Shown: piece by piece, positions 24,597 through 38,850 of the stretch
Layout: every line of letters begins with the position of its first letter
Numbering within the stretch: the stretch's first letter is position 1
Source: Lobosporangium transversale
Lineage: Eukaryota
Assembly (NCBI RefSeq): GCF_002105155.1
Contig: NW_019028994.1
Span: forward strand, 496,001-560,000
Direction: 5' to 3'
Length of the DNA stretch: 64,000 bases
Translations under genes and position numbers: made by a program
Notes under the pieces: model-generated
Databases searched by the model: none
What the model was told of the DNA's origin: nothing
The model's input: only the letters and a program-made list of their open reading frames with translations

Positions 24597-27500
24597 TCAA
24601 TCGCAAGGTCCACATGAAATGACATGTGCAAAACCACATTCATAACACATGCTGTATTTGAACTGGTAGTCTTTGATCGACCTACTTGGTGCTGCTGTTG
24701 TAGTCAACCGCATTCTTTCTCTCAAACCCACTGCATCTGAGACCCTCTCTACTGGACCTTGATGATGGTTCACTTGATTGGAGAAAGTCTTGGACTCGGA
24801 TGTCATTAATGGTGTGACTACAGCTTGCTTAGATACCTCCTCTATGACCAATGGAAGGGAGTGCTCGCCTATAGCTCCTCGTTGCACCAAGAGCTTACTG
24901 TTGACCTCACTCAATCCAACCACATCTTGAATACACATGTTGCGAGCATTGAGGATCGTTTGGTTAGTGCTCCATTTCAGGCGATACTTATATTGACTGT
25001 TCTCTTGCACAATCTGCCACATCCGAATAGTACCATCTTCACATCCTGTGATCAGAAAGTAGTCTTCTTCGAAGGTATTCCATGCAAGCGCCCCAACGTC
25101 TTCACCTTCAGGTAGGATTTCAATCAAACAATGACCTGTCACTGGATCCCACACTCGCACTGTTTTATCCCTACTGCGTGAGGCAATATACTTCCCATCA
25201 GGCGAATAAGATACTTCCTCGACAGCCTTGGTATGTCCTTCAAGCGTATGCAGTTCTGCTCCCGATTCCAAATCGATCACTGTGATTTTATCTCTTTCAA
25301 TCCCTGAAATATAAGCCATCTCTTGACAACATGGTGAAAATACTGCACATTGCCCACTCTCCGCTATGTAACAGCGTTCACCTGTTTCTGCGTTCAGTAC
25401 TTGCAGGGGTCCAGTAATATCGTAGTAGAACACGATCTTACGACTGTCATGCGAGTATCTGATTAAAGCGCTAACTCCTTCAGATTCTACTTCATACTGA
25501 AGGCTCCACGATTCAGTTGACAAAACCATGAGAACGCCTTTATACAAAGCAATCTGGCGGCCATCGGGTGAGAATGCGACATACCCAAAATATCCATCGT
25601 TGCACTGTTGAGTATGGGTGAGCTCTCCTGTTTGTGTATCCCATATGGTTACATCTCCAGATTTATGGACACAAGCAATTTGGACCCCAATAGGTGAGAA
25701 GGCAAAGTTCTCGCAGGCATCTTCGGCTTGTTCGCCTTGGAGTTCCAAATAATGGACAGCTTGACCTGTTCGAGTATCCCAAAGGTAGACCCATGGGGAA
25801 TGATAACGGCGCGAAGCAAGCAACAGACCATCGGGTGAATATATGATATCGGATGCATCTCCATCACTTCTCTGTAAAACATGAATGGACTGCCCTGTCC
25901 ATGCATCCCACATACGCACTGTCTGATCACCACTGCGTGAAGTTATTTGATTTCCATCTGGCGAGACTCTAATGCCATGGACCGGCCCCAAATTACTATA
26001 TGAATCATGACTAGATTGCTGTGAGCGTGCATCCCACAGGCGTACTGTATCATATTCGCTAAAGGATGCAATCTGATGGCTGTTTGGTGAGTATGCCACC
26101 CAGTCTATCATAGAGCGGCTATAAAAGATATTCATGAGTTGCCCTGACCTCGTGTCCCAAACTCGTACTGTATGGTCATAACTGCAAGCGGCTATTTGTT
26201 CCCCATTTGGTGAATACTTAAGGTCGATGATATCATGGGTAAATCCTTCAAAGACATGGATAAGTTTCCCTGTTTGCGTATCCCACTGATATACTTTTCG
26301 CTCGGTGAATGAAGCAGCGAATCTCCCTTTAGGTGAATACTGAATGCCTCTCACACGGTCATCGTGCGTCAAGACCATTCTTTTTTGACCAGATGCAACA
26401 TCCCACACATGCAGGGAGCAATCACCGTAACAGCGAGATATAATTTCCTGACCATTAGGTGAATACACAATCTGCCAAACGTCAGACCCAGGATCATCGA
26501 GTATCAGTATCTGCTGCCTTGATGCCGCATCCCACACTCGTAATTTCCCATCCCAGCTACCAGCTGCAACTTGCTTCCCGTCTGGTGAATATGCCAAACT
26601 CCGCACAACGCCGGTATGGCCTTCTAGTATGTATTTGAGTATCCCTGAATGGGTGTCCCACACTCGCAATGGCCCATCTTTACCTACCGAAGCAAGACGA
26701 TCTCCACTTGGCGAGTATACTACACTGTTAATTTTCTGTTCATCGTCTATCAACTTGTGAATCAATACCCCTGACGTCGTATCCCAAACCAAAATAATAT
26801 CATCATAATGGCCCCAGGAGGCGATATATCGGCTGTCAGGCGAGTATATCAAATCTTCGCAGAGTCTATCATCCTCTAGAGTCCAAAGCTCCTCCCATGT
26901 TAACGTGTCATACACCGTAATCGAATATCTGCGTGATTCATCTCTGATAACTGTAGATAGTGTCTTTCCATCAGGTGAATATGAACCTCTTAATGCCATG
27001 CCATTGACTTTAAGATGCGGCCATTCTCCAAACTGTACTCCCGCCATCTTTGCTCCACTCAAGTCGGCTTCTTGAAGCCAACAGCTCCGTAAGTTCACCT
27101 TCCTCAGATCAGCCCCTTGAAGTTGGGCATACTCAAAAAGACCGCGACTGAGATCTGCTCCTGGGATCTGGATACCTTGTAAGTCTGCTTCGTTGAATGA
27201 TTCTCCTGCTCGTACCAAGATCGTCATCGCATTGGCTGCTGCTATCCGCCACTTGCTATCACTCTTCGAGAGCTCCACATACATGTGCAGCTGCTGTCTG
27301 AATCTTTCTTCAAGTTGCACGCGATCCTCTAGGAACTGAAGGATAGATGGTTCATCCACAAAGCTCCTCCATACTAAAGGTGACATCTCATCAACTTTGA
27401 TTGCATCAATTCCTTGTTCATCTTCCTTGATGTCTATGCCTTCAAAGCTAAACACTGAACTGATGCTCTGTCGACGAGAAGTTGAAGTTGCCACCTTAGT

Positions 27501-30500
27501 TTCCTCATCCTTTACGGAAGCATTCGTTCCTAACTGTGGCTCAAAGATCGCTCGTACTAGACTGTACTCCAGAATAGATCGATGAATGAACCGATGCTGA
27601 CTGCCTGTACGGTTCAACGGTGACGCCTCGCGTAATAGGTCCCTTCCATCCTCTTTGTCAAAATGTCTTTCTTTCCATGTACCCTTGTCATTGTATGGTG
27701 AGTACTCCACCACTGGATTGCCATCTTGATGTTTATAGATCGCTACAGCTAGCTCTGTAAGATACTTGATCCCATGCTGTGCAAAGCCCCCATCCAACAG
27801 CTTGTGGAACATCCTTCTGTCTTCTGGCCTTAGTGTCTCGCCTAGTCGCTTCTTGCCTCGTTCGAGCCATTGTTCAACAAACTGGTCATACAGTATGACA
27901 CGTTTGATCTTGGTGTTGGAGATGTCTTGATCTGGATCCACCATCCGTGGTAGTACTTGTAGCGACATCGATAGCATGAATGGATTCTTCACAAGGTCTT
28001 GTAGGCTAGGGACCATCTGGAATGCTCGTTGGTAGTCCTCCACTTGCCACATTGGGTCCATAGTATCGACATATTGTTCGATATAATCGTCGATCTGAGC
28101 CTCAGAGAATGGCACAATCACAGCTTCTTGAAACAATACAACATCTACTTGGTAATTACGGTCCATAGGTTGGAATCGATCTCGATAGTCCAATCCAAGA
28201 TACTCACTGCGACAGCTGATCACCATCTGAGCCTTCCATTCTCCAGGCTGGTTCAACCGGTTGGCTACATACAAGTTATTGGTCTGCATGCTCTCGTCAT
28301 ATCCATCACAGATCAGGATGAATGACCGGTTCATCTTCAGTTCTTTGATCTGTGGGTCTGTAAAGCCATAGTCTCGCAGCTGCTTTGTAACCAGCTGCTT
28401 TTCTGGCTTGTCGATGGCTGGAAGGTTGATAAACAGTGGAATCCGGCCATGTCCCTTCTGGTATGCATCCCAGAGTGTGCGCTCCAGTGTGCGGTTGAAT
28501 GTAGACTTGCCTGCTCCTGAATCTCCTTGGACAAGTAACACTTTCTGGTCACTATTCAGGAAGTGGTTCACCTTGTCCATCAGCAAGAACACCTCGTCAT
28601 CGCTCGCTTGAGGACTTGCTTTTGCATATTGTGGGATGTAGAACCCTTGATCATTTCCAACTTCAATCCGCTGTCTTTTTAGTTGGCGTAGACTGTCCTC
28701 GACATCAGGCCTCTTTTGCGCACGGTCAAGCAAATGAGAAGGTGTCGATGGAGTGAGTGTGACAATGAAGGAGTGTTGGATCACTGGCTCTTGGAGGTAC
28801 TTTCTATATAGTTCTTGCTTCTTGATGTCCCCATCCACCTCAAGGTCATTCAAGAGACCAGTAGTGACTGAATATAAAAGTGGAATGAAAGATGTGTATG
28901 GAATAAATGAATTAATCACCATATACAGGATGCTACCAACTCCTTCATCAGCCATATTTGCAGAAATAGAAGAAGTACATACCCTGTAGAACATTCGGTG
29001 ATAATGAGGATATCCTTCTAAGGATGCATATGATCCATTGCTTGATATGTGCATGGTTGCTCCATTCTTGGTCATTCCTGTAGATCTCTCCTAGGAGTGT
29101 AATGGCATCTTGTCGAGTATCCATGGCCCACTTTGTATCAGACGCAATCTGTCCTAGTCTCTGACATAGACCCCATTGGAATGCTGCATCATTTCGACAA
29201 GGTACTTCACATACAAGAGTCTTGAACTTGATAAACTCGCCTGTCTGGAGTAGTGCATCCGCTCCACGAAGTGCTGGATACCATGCTGACTTTCGACTAA
29301 AGCTGAGCCCTTCTTCCATGCATTGTTTGAACATTGCTCCGCTTTCATACAGCGAGGCTGTACCCTCACACACTTGCAGGCCCATATCAAAGGCTTCTGT
29401 TGCAGAAGGGAGCCCTTTCTGGATATTGCTTATCTCATCCATAAAGCCATTTAGATCCAAGCCTTTGGCCGCACTCACAACTCCAAACACTCCTCGGAGT
29501 ACTGCTGAAGTCCGTCGAAGCATGGCTTGCACTGCCGATTCATCATCTGGGATATATTGCAAGGCTTGGAAGGCATAGGCTGCTTGATAGACTAGCTGTG
29601 GATTTGTGCTATCTTTCAGTGCCTTGAAGTATGCTGCAAGTGGTTCATGGAGTTGCTCTCGCTTCAGACCCTTGACTTGGCTGTTGACCATAGCATCAAG
29701 CACATGTGAGACTGTAGCGGACAAGCGATAGAGATGTTCGGTAGATTGAGTATGTGTGCCTTGCAAGCGGGAACTGAGAGTATTGAGGATCGAAACAAGG
29801 TCATCCGAGTCGAGATATTCAGGAGGAGCATGTTGCATCAACAGGGCCAATCCTTCCAGCAAATGAGTCTCTAGTATGACATTCTGGCTGATCCCGTTGA
29901 CTAAAGCCATGAGCAGTGTCCTGAACTGGGTTTGATTAAGAACTGAAGCCAGAGATATAACTTCAGCTACAGCTGCTTCGGTCTTGGTATCCTCGCTGGT
30001 AAACAATTCAATCACATCCGAAGCAAGCTTATGCAGTCGCTCATGTTCATCTTGGTCATCCGATATAGCTTGGCGCCATTTCTTTTCGTTATCATTGAGG
30101 TCATTTGTGGGGATAGAAGTAGTAGGGGACAGACGAAGACAATATACAAGCTGATGGATATCTTTCAGGTGAGTCCCAGGTTCTGGTAAGCTATGCCTAG
30201 TAACTGTTAGAGGTTCATCGTGTTTGAATATATCCTTTGCAATAGTTGCAATGACTTTTGCTGGAGATGCTTCAGTTCTGGTGCTACTTATTTCAGCGCT
30301 TTCTTGCTCGCTGTTATTGTTATTGTTGTCGATATTGATGTCATCACTGTCATTGTTGCTACTATTGATGTTATCACTGTTATCGCTGTTACTGTTGCTG
30401 CTCTTTCGAATGTATCCCCATTTCTCAGCTTTCCTATCGCATCTCTGTACTTCACTCGAGTATCCCAGATGCTCAAACAAGCGAGCAAGCTCATAGTAAG

Positions 30501-30759
30501 CTGAGGCTATGCCTTGACGCAATGTCATGCCTTCATTGGAAGCTGGAGAAGCTGACGGAGCTGAGGAAAATGAGGCAAGGGCCTTTCTTTCAGACTGCTG
30601 GATTCGAGTCATCACAGCGTCAGCATCGAGACATAGCTCCGTCAACACGCTGTTGTCGTCACTCATGGTGCGAGTGCCTTCCATATAGAACTTGAAGAGT
30701 CTCAGAGCCTGTGCTGGCAAGAGTGCATTTTGTGATGGAGTTTTTGTCGTGCCAAACAT
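24597..30759 (-). CDS. NLR-like protein, copy 3 (same architecture); exons 30759-28983, 28867-24597; about 2015 aa
   Basis: The 603-aa and 1492-aa ORFs are joined by a 115-nt GT-AG intron at the same position as in copy 2. Walker A/B, pentapeptide and WD40 repeats are present. Confidence 0.92.
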
Positions 30760-31387
30760 GGCTTCCTTATCTCACCCTGTGGACTGGGATCTATTCATTC
30801 CAGAGGAAGAAGAATGATTATATATGGCAGTGTTTTTTAGTATCGATATTTATGAGGGAAAAGTGTTCATTTCGCTTGTCCTGAGTGTGTGTGTCTGTGT
30901 GTCTCTTACATGTATTGAGACTTGAGGGCCTGAGACTGGAAGAAAGAAAAAAAAGAAATGAGACTGTGTGGTGTAAGGGATGATGATGGAGAATAAAAGA
31001 ATAAGAAAAGAGAGAAAGAAAGACACTTTATGCATGGAAGGACAGATGTTACAGTTATTGACTCTTTGAAGAGATCAGCTCTAAGGAAACACCTTCATTT
31101 GGCTCCATGGAACGGATTTTTCGATCGACCATTCAAGTGCATTCAAATAAGATTATAAGATTGCACTGCATATCAGAGCGTTGTCAAAGGAAAAGCATTA
31201 GAAGAGTTGGGTTAAATAATCAAAGAACAAACCGATCGATTGGCCATGTTTTTTTTGTTTGTTTTTTTACCCCTGAAATTCTTTTTCTCTTTCTTTTTCG
31301 CTCTGGACAATTGGTTCCATCGCTCTAGAACACACTCTCTTTCTCTTTGCTCTTCTTTCCTTCTCACCATTCTTATTATCATCCAAA

Positions 31388-33647
31388 ATGGGAGCAGGAT
31401 ACATCATGATGGTCATACTGTTGGTGATCTGTACGATCACAACAACAACTACTATTGTTGTTGTTGTTGCAGATCCACTTCCTCATCTACTGATGAAGGA
31501 ACAGCGACAGCCACAACAGCTACAGCAACAGCAGCAGCATCAATATAGGCAACAGCAACAACAACAGCAACATCAACAACAGCATCATCAACAACAGCAT
31601 CAACAGCAACGAGAACAGGATGCAAACTCTTTTTCTAGTTCATATGCATTTTGTTCAAAAGGACATAAAGACTGTCTACATCATCTACGTGAGGAACATC
31701 GTGTGGTAGGATCCGCTTTACCGTGGGAAAATGGACATGAACCCATTGAAGAGAGCTTTGCAGGACATTTCCCAATCCGCTCTTGGAAACAAAATGGATA
31801 CCATGGTGAGACGAGCATGTAAAGTCCTAGACAAACAATAACTATTACGGGAAAGAGAAAGAAAAAAGAAAAAGAAAAGAAAGATCGAATTAAAGTGGAT
31901 TTGAATCTAATATGAAGCGCTCTAAAAAAAACCTCTTACTACTGCTTCTGATGTTTTGATAACTGGTCTCGAATCCGTTTACTTTGGTTTTGCTCAAAAG
32001 GTTTTATTGGTATTTCCCTGCTGCCAAACCCAAGACGAAAGATCCCCCGTTGGTCCTGTAAGTCTTCTACAATCCCCCCTTCATTCCATTCTTTCTAAAA
32101 AAAAAAAAAAAAAAAAATGAACATGCATGTGTGTGACTGCATTACAAACATTTTTTCTTTTACACCAAAAAAAAAAAAAAAATAGCTGGCTCCAAGGTGG
32201 TCCCGGAAGTAGCTCGATGATCGGACTCTTTTATGAGAATGGACCTCTTCGCGTGAACAACAGATTGAAACTGGAGCGAAAGCCTCATAGTTGGTCAGAT
32301 GAATATTCAGTCCTTTTCATCGATCAACCTGTCGGCACTGGATATTCCTATGTCACCCGTCTTCAGGATAGCAATAATCTTGAAGTGAAAGACCCAAATA
32401 CAATCCAAAAGATCCTGAACGATCTTGAGCAGGAGCTCCATCAGGACCAAACTATTGAACAACAACTATTTGAATCCTTATCAACACCAACATCATCAGC
32501 AAAAACTTTTGAACATAAATGCGCAGCCAGTCGACAGAACAGAATCAAATCTCAAGCATCATCCTATTTAAACGGTTATGTCAAAGATGAACGTGGGGTC
32601 GCTGCAGATTTGATCATCTTTCTGGATCAATTTTATCAACGTTACCCCGAAGTTCAAAACAAAGATCTCTATTTGACTGGTGAGAGCTATGCTGGCAAAT
32701 ATATCCCTGCACTAGCCTATGGGATCATGGAAAGCAACAAGGATCGGAGTAAAGACAAGAGGAACAGGGACAGTAAATGTAAACAGATTCTATTCCCTCT
32801 CAAGGGTATTGCACTCGGAAACAGTCTGACAGATCCTATCAGTCAAGTTCAGGTCCATGCAGATCATGCCTATTATATGGGTCTCATTACAAAGAAACAG
32901 GCTGACAAGATGAGATCTCTTCAGGATCAATCCGTCCTTGCAGCTAAACAAGGTCGATTTTTGGATTCCAATCAACATCGTCTTCATGTATTTGATCTCT
33001 TCAGAAACGCAACAGGTGGTTTAAATATGTATGATATTCGCAAGGGCTCTGTTCCCAACAATTGGTCTGTGATGGAAAGCTTTATGAATCTGCCCTCTGT
33101 AAAGGATACTTTGAATGTCTTTGGTCCTCGCACTGCGTTCCTCAAGGAACATAACGTTTCTAAAGAAGAGATCCAACGGATTGAAGAAGGGCGTGCCAAA
33201 ACTCTGTTCTTCAAGGACCCGTTGGTCTATGGTACTCTGCTAGGGGATATTATGAAGAGTGCTGCTTGGATGGTATCAGAACTGTTACAGCAAGGGATCA
33301 GAGTCCTGGCTTACCAGGGCATCTTCGATTACAGAGATGCTGTTACAGGTTCCACCTCTTGGATCGAGCATCTGGACTGGCCTGGTCACGAGGCCTTCCT
33401 GAAGGAGGACAGAAAAATATGGTTGAATAATGGGACGTTGGCAGGGTATGTGACTGAGGTACCGGGCTTGGCCTGGGTAGTCATCCTTGGGGCTGGCCAT
33501 TTGGTTCCCATGGACCAAGGCGCCAACAGTCTGGCGATGCTCAAGAGTTGGATTGATGGGTCTAGCATGCACAGCATACCACTACAAGAAGGTTATGTTG
33601 TACCTACAATTAAGAAAATAGAGGAGCAAAGTTCATTCTTTCCTTAA
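31388..33647 (+). CDS. Secreted/vacuolar serine carboxypeptidase (peptidase S10); exons 31388-31818, 32001-32057, 32186-33647
   Basis: Hydrophobic N-terminus; spliced MFYWYFP..PLVLWLQGGPGSSS; motifs FIDQPVGTGYSY, catalytic GESYAG and GAGHLVP. Confidence 0.92.
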
Positions 33648-33946
33648 AGCATAGAGCATAGCCTTTTCTTTTCTTTTCTTTCTTTCTTTCTTTCTTTCTT
33701 TCTTTCATTTTTTTTTGCAAACTCATTCTGAACAATATCATCTAGATTTTAGAAACATTTTGTTCATTTTTTTCTTTTTTAGATGCTTTGTAATAATAAT
33801 AATAAAAAAAGAGAGAACTACTCCAACTCCATCGCCATATATTCAAAAGTTTGTGTGTGTGTGTGTGTTTTTTTTTTTTTTGTGCTTCTTATCCAATCCA
33901 ATTCCAATCCTATCTTATCTTATCAAATGTAATGTGTCTAGTTTGT

Positions 33947-36076
33947 TTAGAATCTGTTCCAGGACATGGAGTTACGGACGCGAACATAATCGGGCAAGCA
34001 CTCGATGGGACCGAGACCGACCATGGCGATCTCACGATCCCAGAGGTACTGAGAGGCAACACGGCGGACATCATCAGCTGTGATCTTGCTGATCAATTTC
34101 TCAACCTCCTGAGGAGAGGTGCGCTTGCCAGTTGTGACCAATTGACGTCCAATATCCTCAGCAATGGCAGTGGTGCCGTCCAAGCCCAAGAGAAGGGATG
34201 ACTTGAGCTGTTGCTTAGCACGCTCGACCTCGGCAGCGGTGACGGAGGTAGTCAAACGAGCCCACTCCTTCTGAGCAAAGTGGACCAAATCATCCTGGGA
34301 ATCCTTGTTCTCGGTGATGAAGTAAATACCAAAGAGACCAGTATCAGTATAGGAAGTGTTGAAGGACATGAAAGAGCTGGCCAGCTTGTTCTGGTGAACA
34401 ATGGCCGACAAGCGGGATGAGGTGTGAGCAGAGGCGCCGAGGGAGCGATCCCAGGTACCGATGATGGACTGCATCACAAGCATGGTATAGTAGTCTGGTG
34501 AAGTCCAGCCGCAGCCCTCGACAGCGATGGCAATGTGAGCCTGGGTCATGGTGTCATCCTGAAGACGGATCTCGGAACCAGTAAAGTTGGGGGCGAAGGT
34601 GTAGGTCTTGCCAAGGCCAGTGGGGTTGGCCGAGACAGGGAGCTTGCTAAAGTGCTGTTCAGCCAACTGGACAAGAGCATCGTGATCAACACCACCAGCA
34701 CCGACAAGGACCATACGATCAGCAGTGTAGTTGGTCTTGATATAGTTGGCAAGATCATCGCGGGTCAAGGACTTGATGTTCTCCTTTGGTCCCAAGATGG
34801 TGCGACCGAGAGCCTCACCTTGGAAGGCGGTGGCGTGCAAATGATCAAAGACGACTTCCTCGAGCTGCTTCTCAACCTCCTGCTGCTCACGAAGAATGAC
34901 ATCACGCTCACGCTCGATGGCAGCGTTGTTCAAGGTGGAGTTTTGAAGAATGTCAGAAAGGATTTCAACAGACTTTGGAATATCAGACTTGAATGACTTT
35001 GCGTAGTAGACAGTCTGTTCGCGAGAGGTGTAGGCGTTCAAATGAGCTCCCATGTTTTCAATCTGCATCTCAATGTCGTGCTGGCTGCGAGTTGCGGTGC
35101 CCTATAGAAGCAAATATTACATGTATAATGTAAGGACAGTCAGCTCAATTATACTGGTCAACAGCCTTTTTTTTTTTTTTTTTTTTGTTTTTTTTTTTTT
35201 TTTTTGTTTTCCTCCTCTGTTTCCTTTTTCTTGCTGCTTCATTATCGTGCAAAATAAAATAGGGTATAGTAACTAATGTTCAATCCGTTGATGTCGCTTT
35301 GTTTTGAATAAAAGTCGAATCCATGCCTTTTTCAACTTTGTCGCCTGAAATCCAGAGTCAAGTCAATGCTGTCATTTGAGGTCTCGTTTTACATGTACAC
35401 TCTTTTCCATCCTATCCGTCAATTCTTTTTTTTTTCTTTTTTTTTTTTTTTCTGGACTTTTCCATATCCTTGATCATGTCCAGTTGAGAATAGGAAAAAT
35501 ATCCGGTCGATTGATACCTTGAAGGCCATGTGCTCCAAAAAGTGGGCAGCACCGTTGTTCGCGGCAGTCTCAGCACGACTGCCAGCATCAATGAAGACAC
35601 CAACGGTAGCAGTCTGGGCGGAGGGGTTGGATTCGGTGGCGACTGTTAAGCCGTTCTTGAGAGAGGTGATGCGAGTACCAAACTGGGTGGCAGCTGTGGC
35701 AAGAGGACGGATGGCCTAGAATAGCAGACCAAAAAAGAAAAATAAAAAATAAAAAATATATTAGAAGTTGTAAAGTCCGTTGTAAGAAAATAAAATGTCG
35801 GCTGATTAATTAATTAATGTAGTCGTTAATAATTATTCATGAGCATTGAACGGAAATGTAATGATGTTTGAGGCGTGTCTTTTTTTTCCTTGCAACTTCA
35901 TATCTTGTTCGCCAAGTTAAAAAAATAAAATATAAAAAAAAAAGGATAAAAAAATGAATGACATCTTGTATCCACTGTTACAGGTTCTAGCCATTCTTGT
36001 GCACATTGAAATTGTTGAATAGGTGACCGGATACCAGGAAGGTGATCTGACGCGCTCCACGAATAAAATATAAAAT

Positions 36077-36108
<32 letters not shown>

Positions 36109-36385
36109 GTCGAGAGTAATGGGATGGTATTTCTTCCAAGAGTCCAAGGATCTGCGATCATGACACTCGTAATGATAATAAAGTGTATAGAGATAAAGCA
36201 ATGAAGAAGTAAAAGAGAGATAATGATGTCGGAGCATATTTCCGAGGCTAGAAAGAGGATTCCGAAGGGTCGGAAATGGCAGGAAGGGGGATGGATCCGA
36301 TTGAGAAGAGAGTGGGTAGTACCTGGCGGGCCAAGGAAGGACGGCCAAGGCTGAAGGCGTTAGAGAGGAGTAAGCGAGAGGCCAT
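33947..36385 (-). CDS. MAS1: Mitochondrial processing peptidase beta subunit / bc1 core protein 1 (M16); exons 36385-36323, 35715-35518, 35101-33947
   Basis: Presequence [15 protein letters not shown]; zinc motif [15 protein letters not shown] spans a splice; [13 protein letters not shown]. All introns are GT-AG and phase 0. Confidence 0.93.
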
Positions 36386-36824
36386 TTCTATGGGGAGGAA
36401 AGAAGGAAGAGAAAAGGGAAAGGGGAGGGATAAATGGAGCGAGGATGAAGTTGAGCAAAGCAAAGCAAAAACAAATTCAAATGTCTTTTTAATTATCCTC
36501 TCTCTTCCTCTCCTCTTGACCTTTTTGCTCTGTGCTTCGGAACAAAAACAAATCCCCATGCACGAAAAAATAGACTCGAGTGATAAAATCACGTGTTGAA
36601 TACAAGCCACTGAGCAATCTTACTCTTACTTTTATCGCTTTTCTGAAACGTGGAAAAAAAAGAAAAAAAAAATCATTCCACTTGCCATGAATAACTGGTA
36701 AATCCATCTTTATTCAATGTCAATGGATTGTCCTCTGCACGAGGGAGGTTGCGAGGGTATAAATTTTGTAATATGAATAGAGTACTGAAGACATTTGGCG
36801 AAATAAGCAGGATGATCTTTATTC

Positions 36825-37268
36825 TCAAAGCTCGTCTCGTTTGTGTCTTTGTCGTAGAGTTTGGACATCCACCTGGATAACACCTTGAACTGCCGAGATT
36901 GCCTCGACCACTTGCCTGTTCCTTTGCTCTTCTAATTGCTCTTCTGGGCCTTGTGCCCTGTGTGGCCCATGTGTTGCTGCGGCGGGAGTAGATATATGGC
37001 TGTTGTTGCTATTATTATTATTATTATTATTACTATTGCTGTTATTGTTACTGTTACTATCGTCCTGATGAGATGAAGAGACCTTGGGTATCCGATAAAG
37101 CAGATGATTTTTGAGTTGGCCCACATGACCCAGGTACTCTATTCCCGCAAGAGAGCCATTGCTTGTTGCTGCTGCCGTCTGTGTGGAGGTCACGACCTGA
37201 TCCAATGCCTCTGGATTGATTTTGACATCAAAATACGTATATAGGTTGAGGTCATATGTATGTGCCAT
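36825..37268 (-). CDS. Small protein resembling a kexin/furin (S8) prodomain, ending RQRHKRDEL; true start may lie upstream
   Basis: EYLGHVGQLKNHLLYRIPK and GVIQVDVQTLRQRHKR resemble proprotein-convertase prodomain motifs. An in-frame hydrophobic stretch lies immediately upstream of the Met. Confidence 0.6.
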   Translation of the reverse strand: MAHTYDLNLYTYFDVKINPEALDQVVTSTQTAAATSNGSLAGIEYLGHVGQLKNHLLYRIPKVSSSHQDDSNSNNNSNSNNNNNNNSNNSHISTPAAATHGPHRAQGPEEQLEEQRNRQVVEAISAVQGVIQVDVQTLRQRHKRDEL

Positions 37269-38006
37269 GGTAGCAGCAGGAAAAATCCAGTAGGAGACAA
37301 CAGATAAAACAACGATGAAAAGGCGCGTGGAATGAATGGAGAGAATGGTGGGCAAAAAGTATATGATGGAAGAAAAGAACAGGAAGGAATAGAAGAAAAA
37401 AAATGTTGCCAAGGGGGAGACAAGTAGACAATTTGGGCGAAGATGTGTTGAAGTAATGGAGTCGTCGAAACCAGCCACATTTTTATAGAAATTAATTATG
37501 ACGATAATCACATGTGATACGCCAAGAAGCAAGTTCGTTGACCACAATCGTAAAATAGGACGCGCACAATAGGCATCTGTAGGGCATAGTCTACAGGGAA
37601 AAAAAAAAAATAGGCAATGATGAGAGAAAGAGGAAAAGGAAGTTGCCATGAGGAAGGGTATACAGTAAAAAATGAGGGAAGGACCCCTCGTTATTCATCT
37701 ACGACAAAACAAATCTTTGTATATTGATAGTAAATAATGGCATTACAATTCAGTCCTCTGGAACCAGAGACCAAAGACTATTGCACGATAGAGTTTCGGC
37801 TCGGTGCACTGGCGCCAAGAGACGGAAATGGTTACTTTTGGAGAGGAACGTCAGAATGGAGCGCTCCTTCCTTGAGGTATTAGGTTGCAGCAGTAGAGGT
37901 GGCTTAGATCCTTCGGGCTTGGACTTGGAGTCGCGGGTCATTTAGTCCGAAGACGGACACATTTGTCTCTCCTACTGTCCTTTTACTCAAAGTCAACTTG
38001 TCTACA

Positions 38007-38850
38007 ATGGCTCTCCGTCTTGCTACATCTCCCTTGGCGATGAGCCGCTCATCCCCAGCTATCCGACTTGCTACATCTCTCCGCTCCTCAACATCGTTGA
38101 ACGGTCGCATCTATTTCCATGCCTGTATGTTTAATTATTAAAAGTTATTTTTCTGTCCATCAACATTCTATATGGAAGACGATAAGCAGTAATGCTGATA
38201 ATGGAAAGGGAAAAGAAAAAAGAAAATACTTCAACAGGAAACTTTTTTTTTTATCGCGAATTGAACAAGAACCGTCAGGGAGAACAGCTTTTGGCAATAC
38301 AACAGTACGAGGTTTATAATGACACCAGGAAAAGGGCATTTTCTTATTACAGGACGAGCTCGCCAGCATGTTGTCAGAATATGTGCTTATTTTTTTCTTT
38401 TTTTTTTTTGTTTTTTGATGAATTCTTGGGAGAATAGCACGTAGTGCAGCTGCTGCAGCACCAGAACAGACTCCGCCTGATGTGACTGAAGTCTACAAGC
38501 CAACTGCTTTCAAAATCCCTCCACCTAATTCGGTTCATGGCTCCAAACATTGGGACTTTGAGCGTCTTTTGAGCGCCTCTTTGGTCCCATTGTTTGCAGT
38601 CTCTGCTATCAATGGCGCACACCCCATTACGGATGGTCTCTTGGGTGTTGTTGTTCCTATTCATTCCCACATTGGTTTCGATGCCATGATCACAGACTAT
38701 CTTCACCCTGGCAAGGTCGGTGTCTTTGCTAACAAAGCCATCAGCTGGACTCTTCGCGGTGCCACTCTCCTAGTCTTGGTTGGGTGCTATCAATTCAATG
38801 CCTCGGACGTTGGTTTGACCGAGTTGGTCAAGAGAGCTTGGACAGCATAA
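38007..38850 (+). CDS. SDH4: Succinate dehydrogenase cytochrome b small subunit (CybS; Sdh4/Tim18 family); exons 38007-38124, 38438-38850
   Basis: Arg/Ser-rich presequence, GTATGT..AATAG intron in frame, motifs HGSKHWDFER and HSHIGFDAMITDY. Confidence 0.88.
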
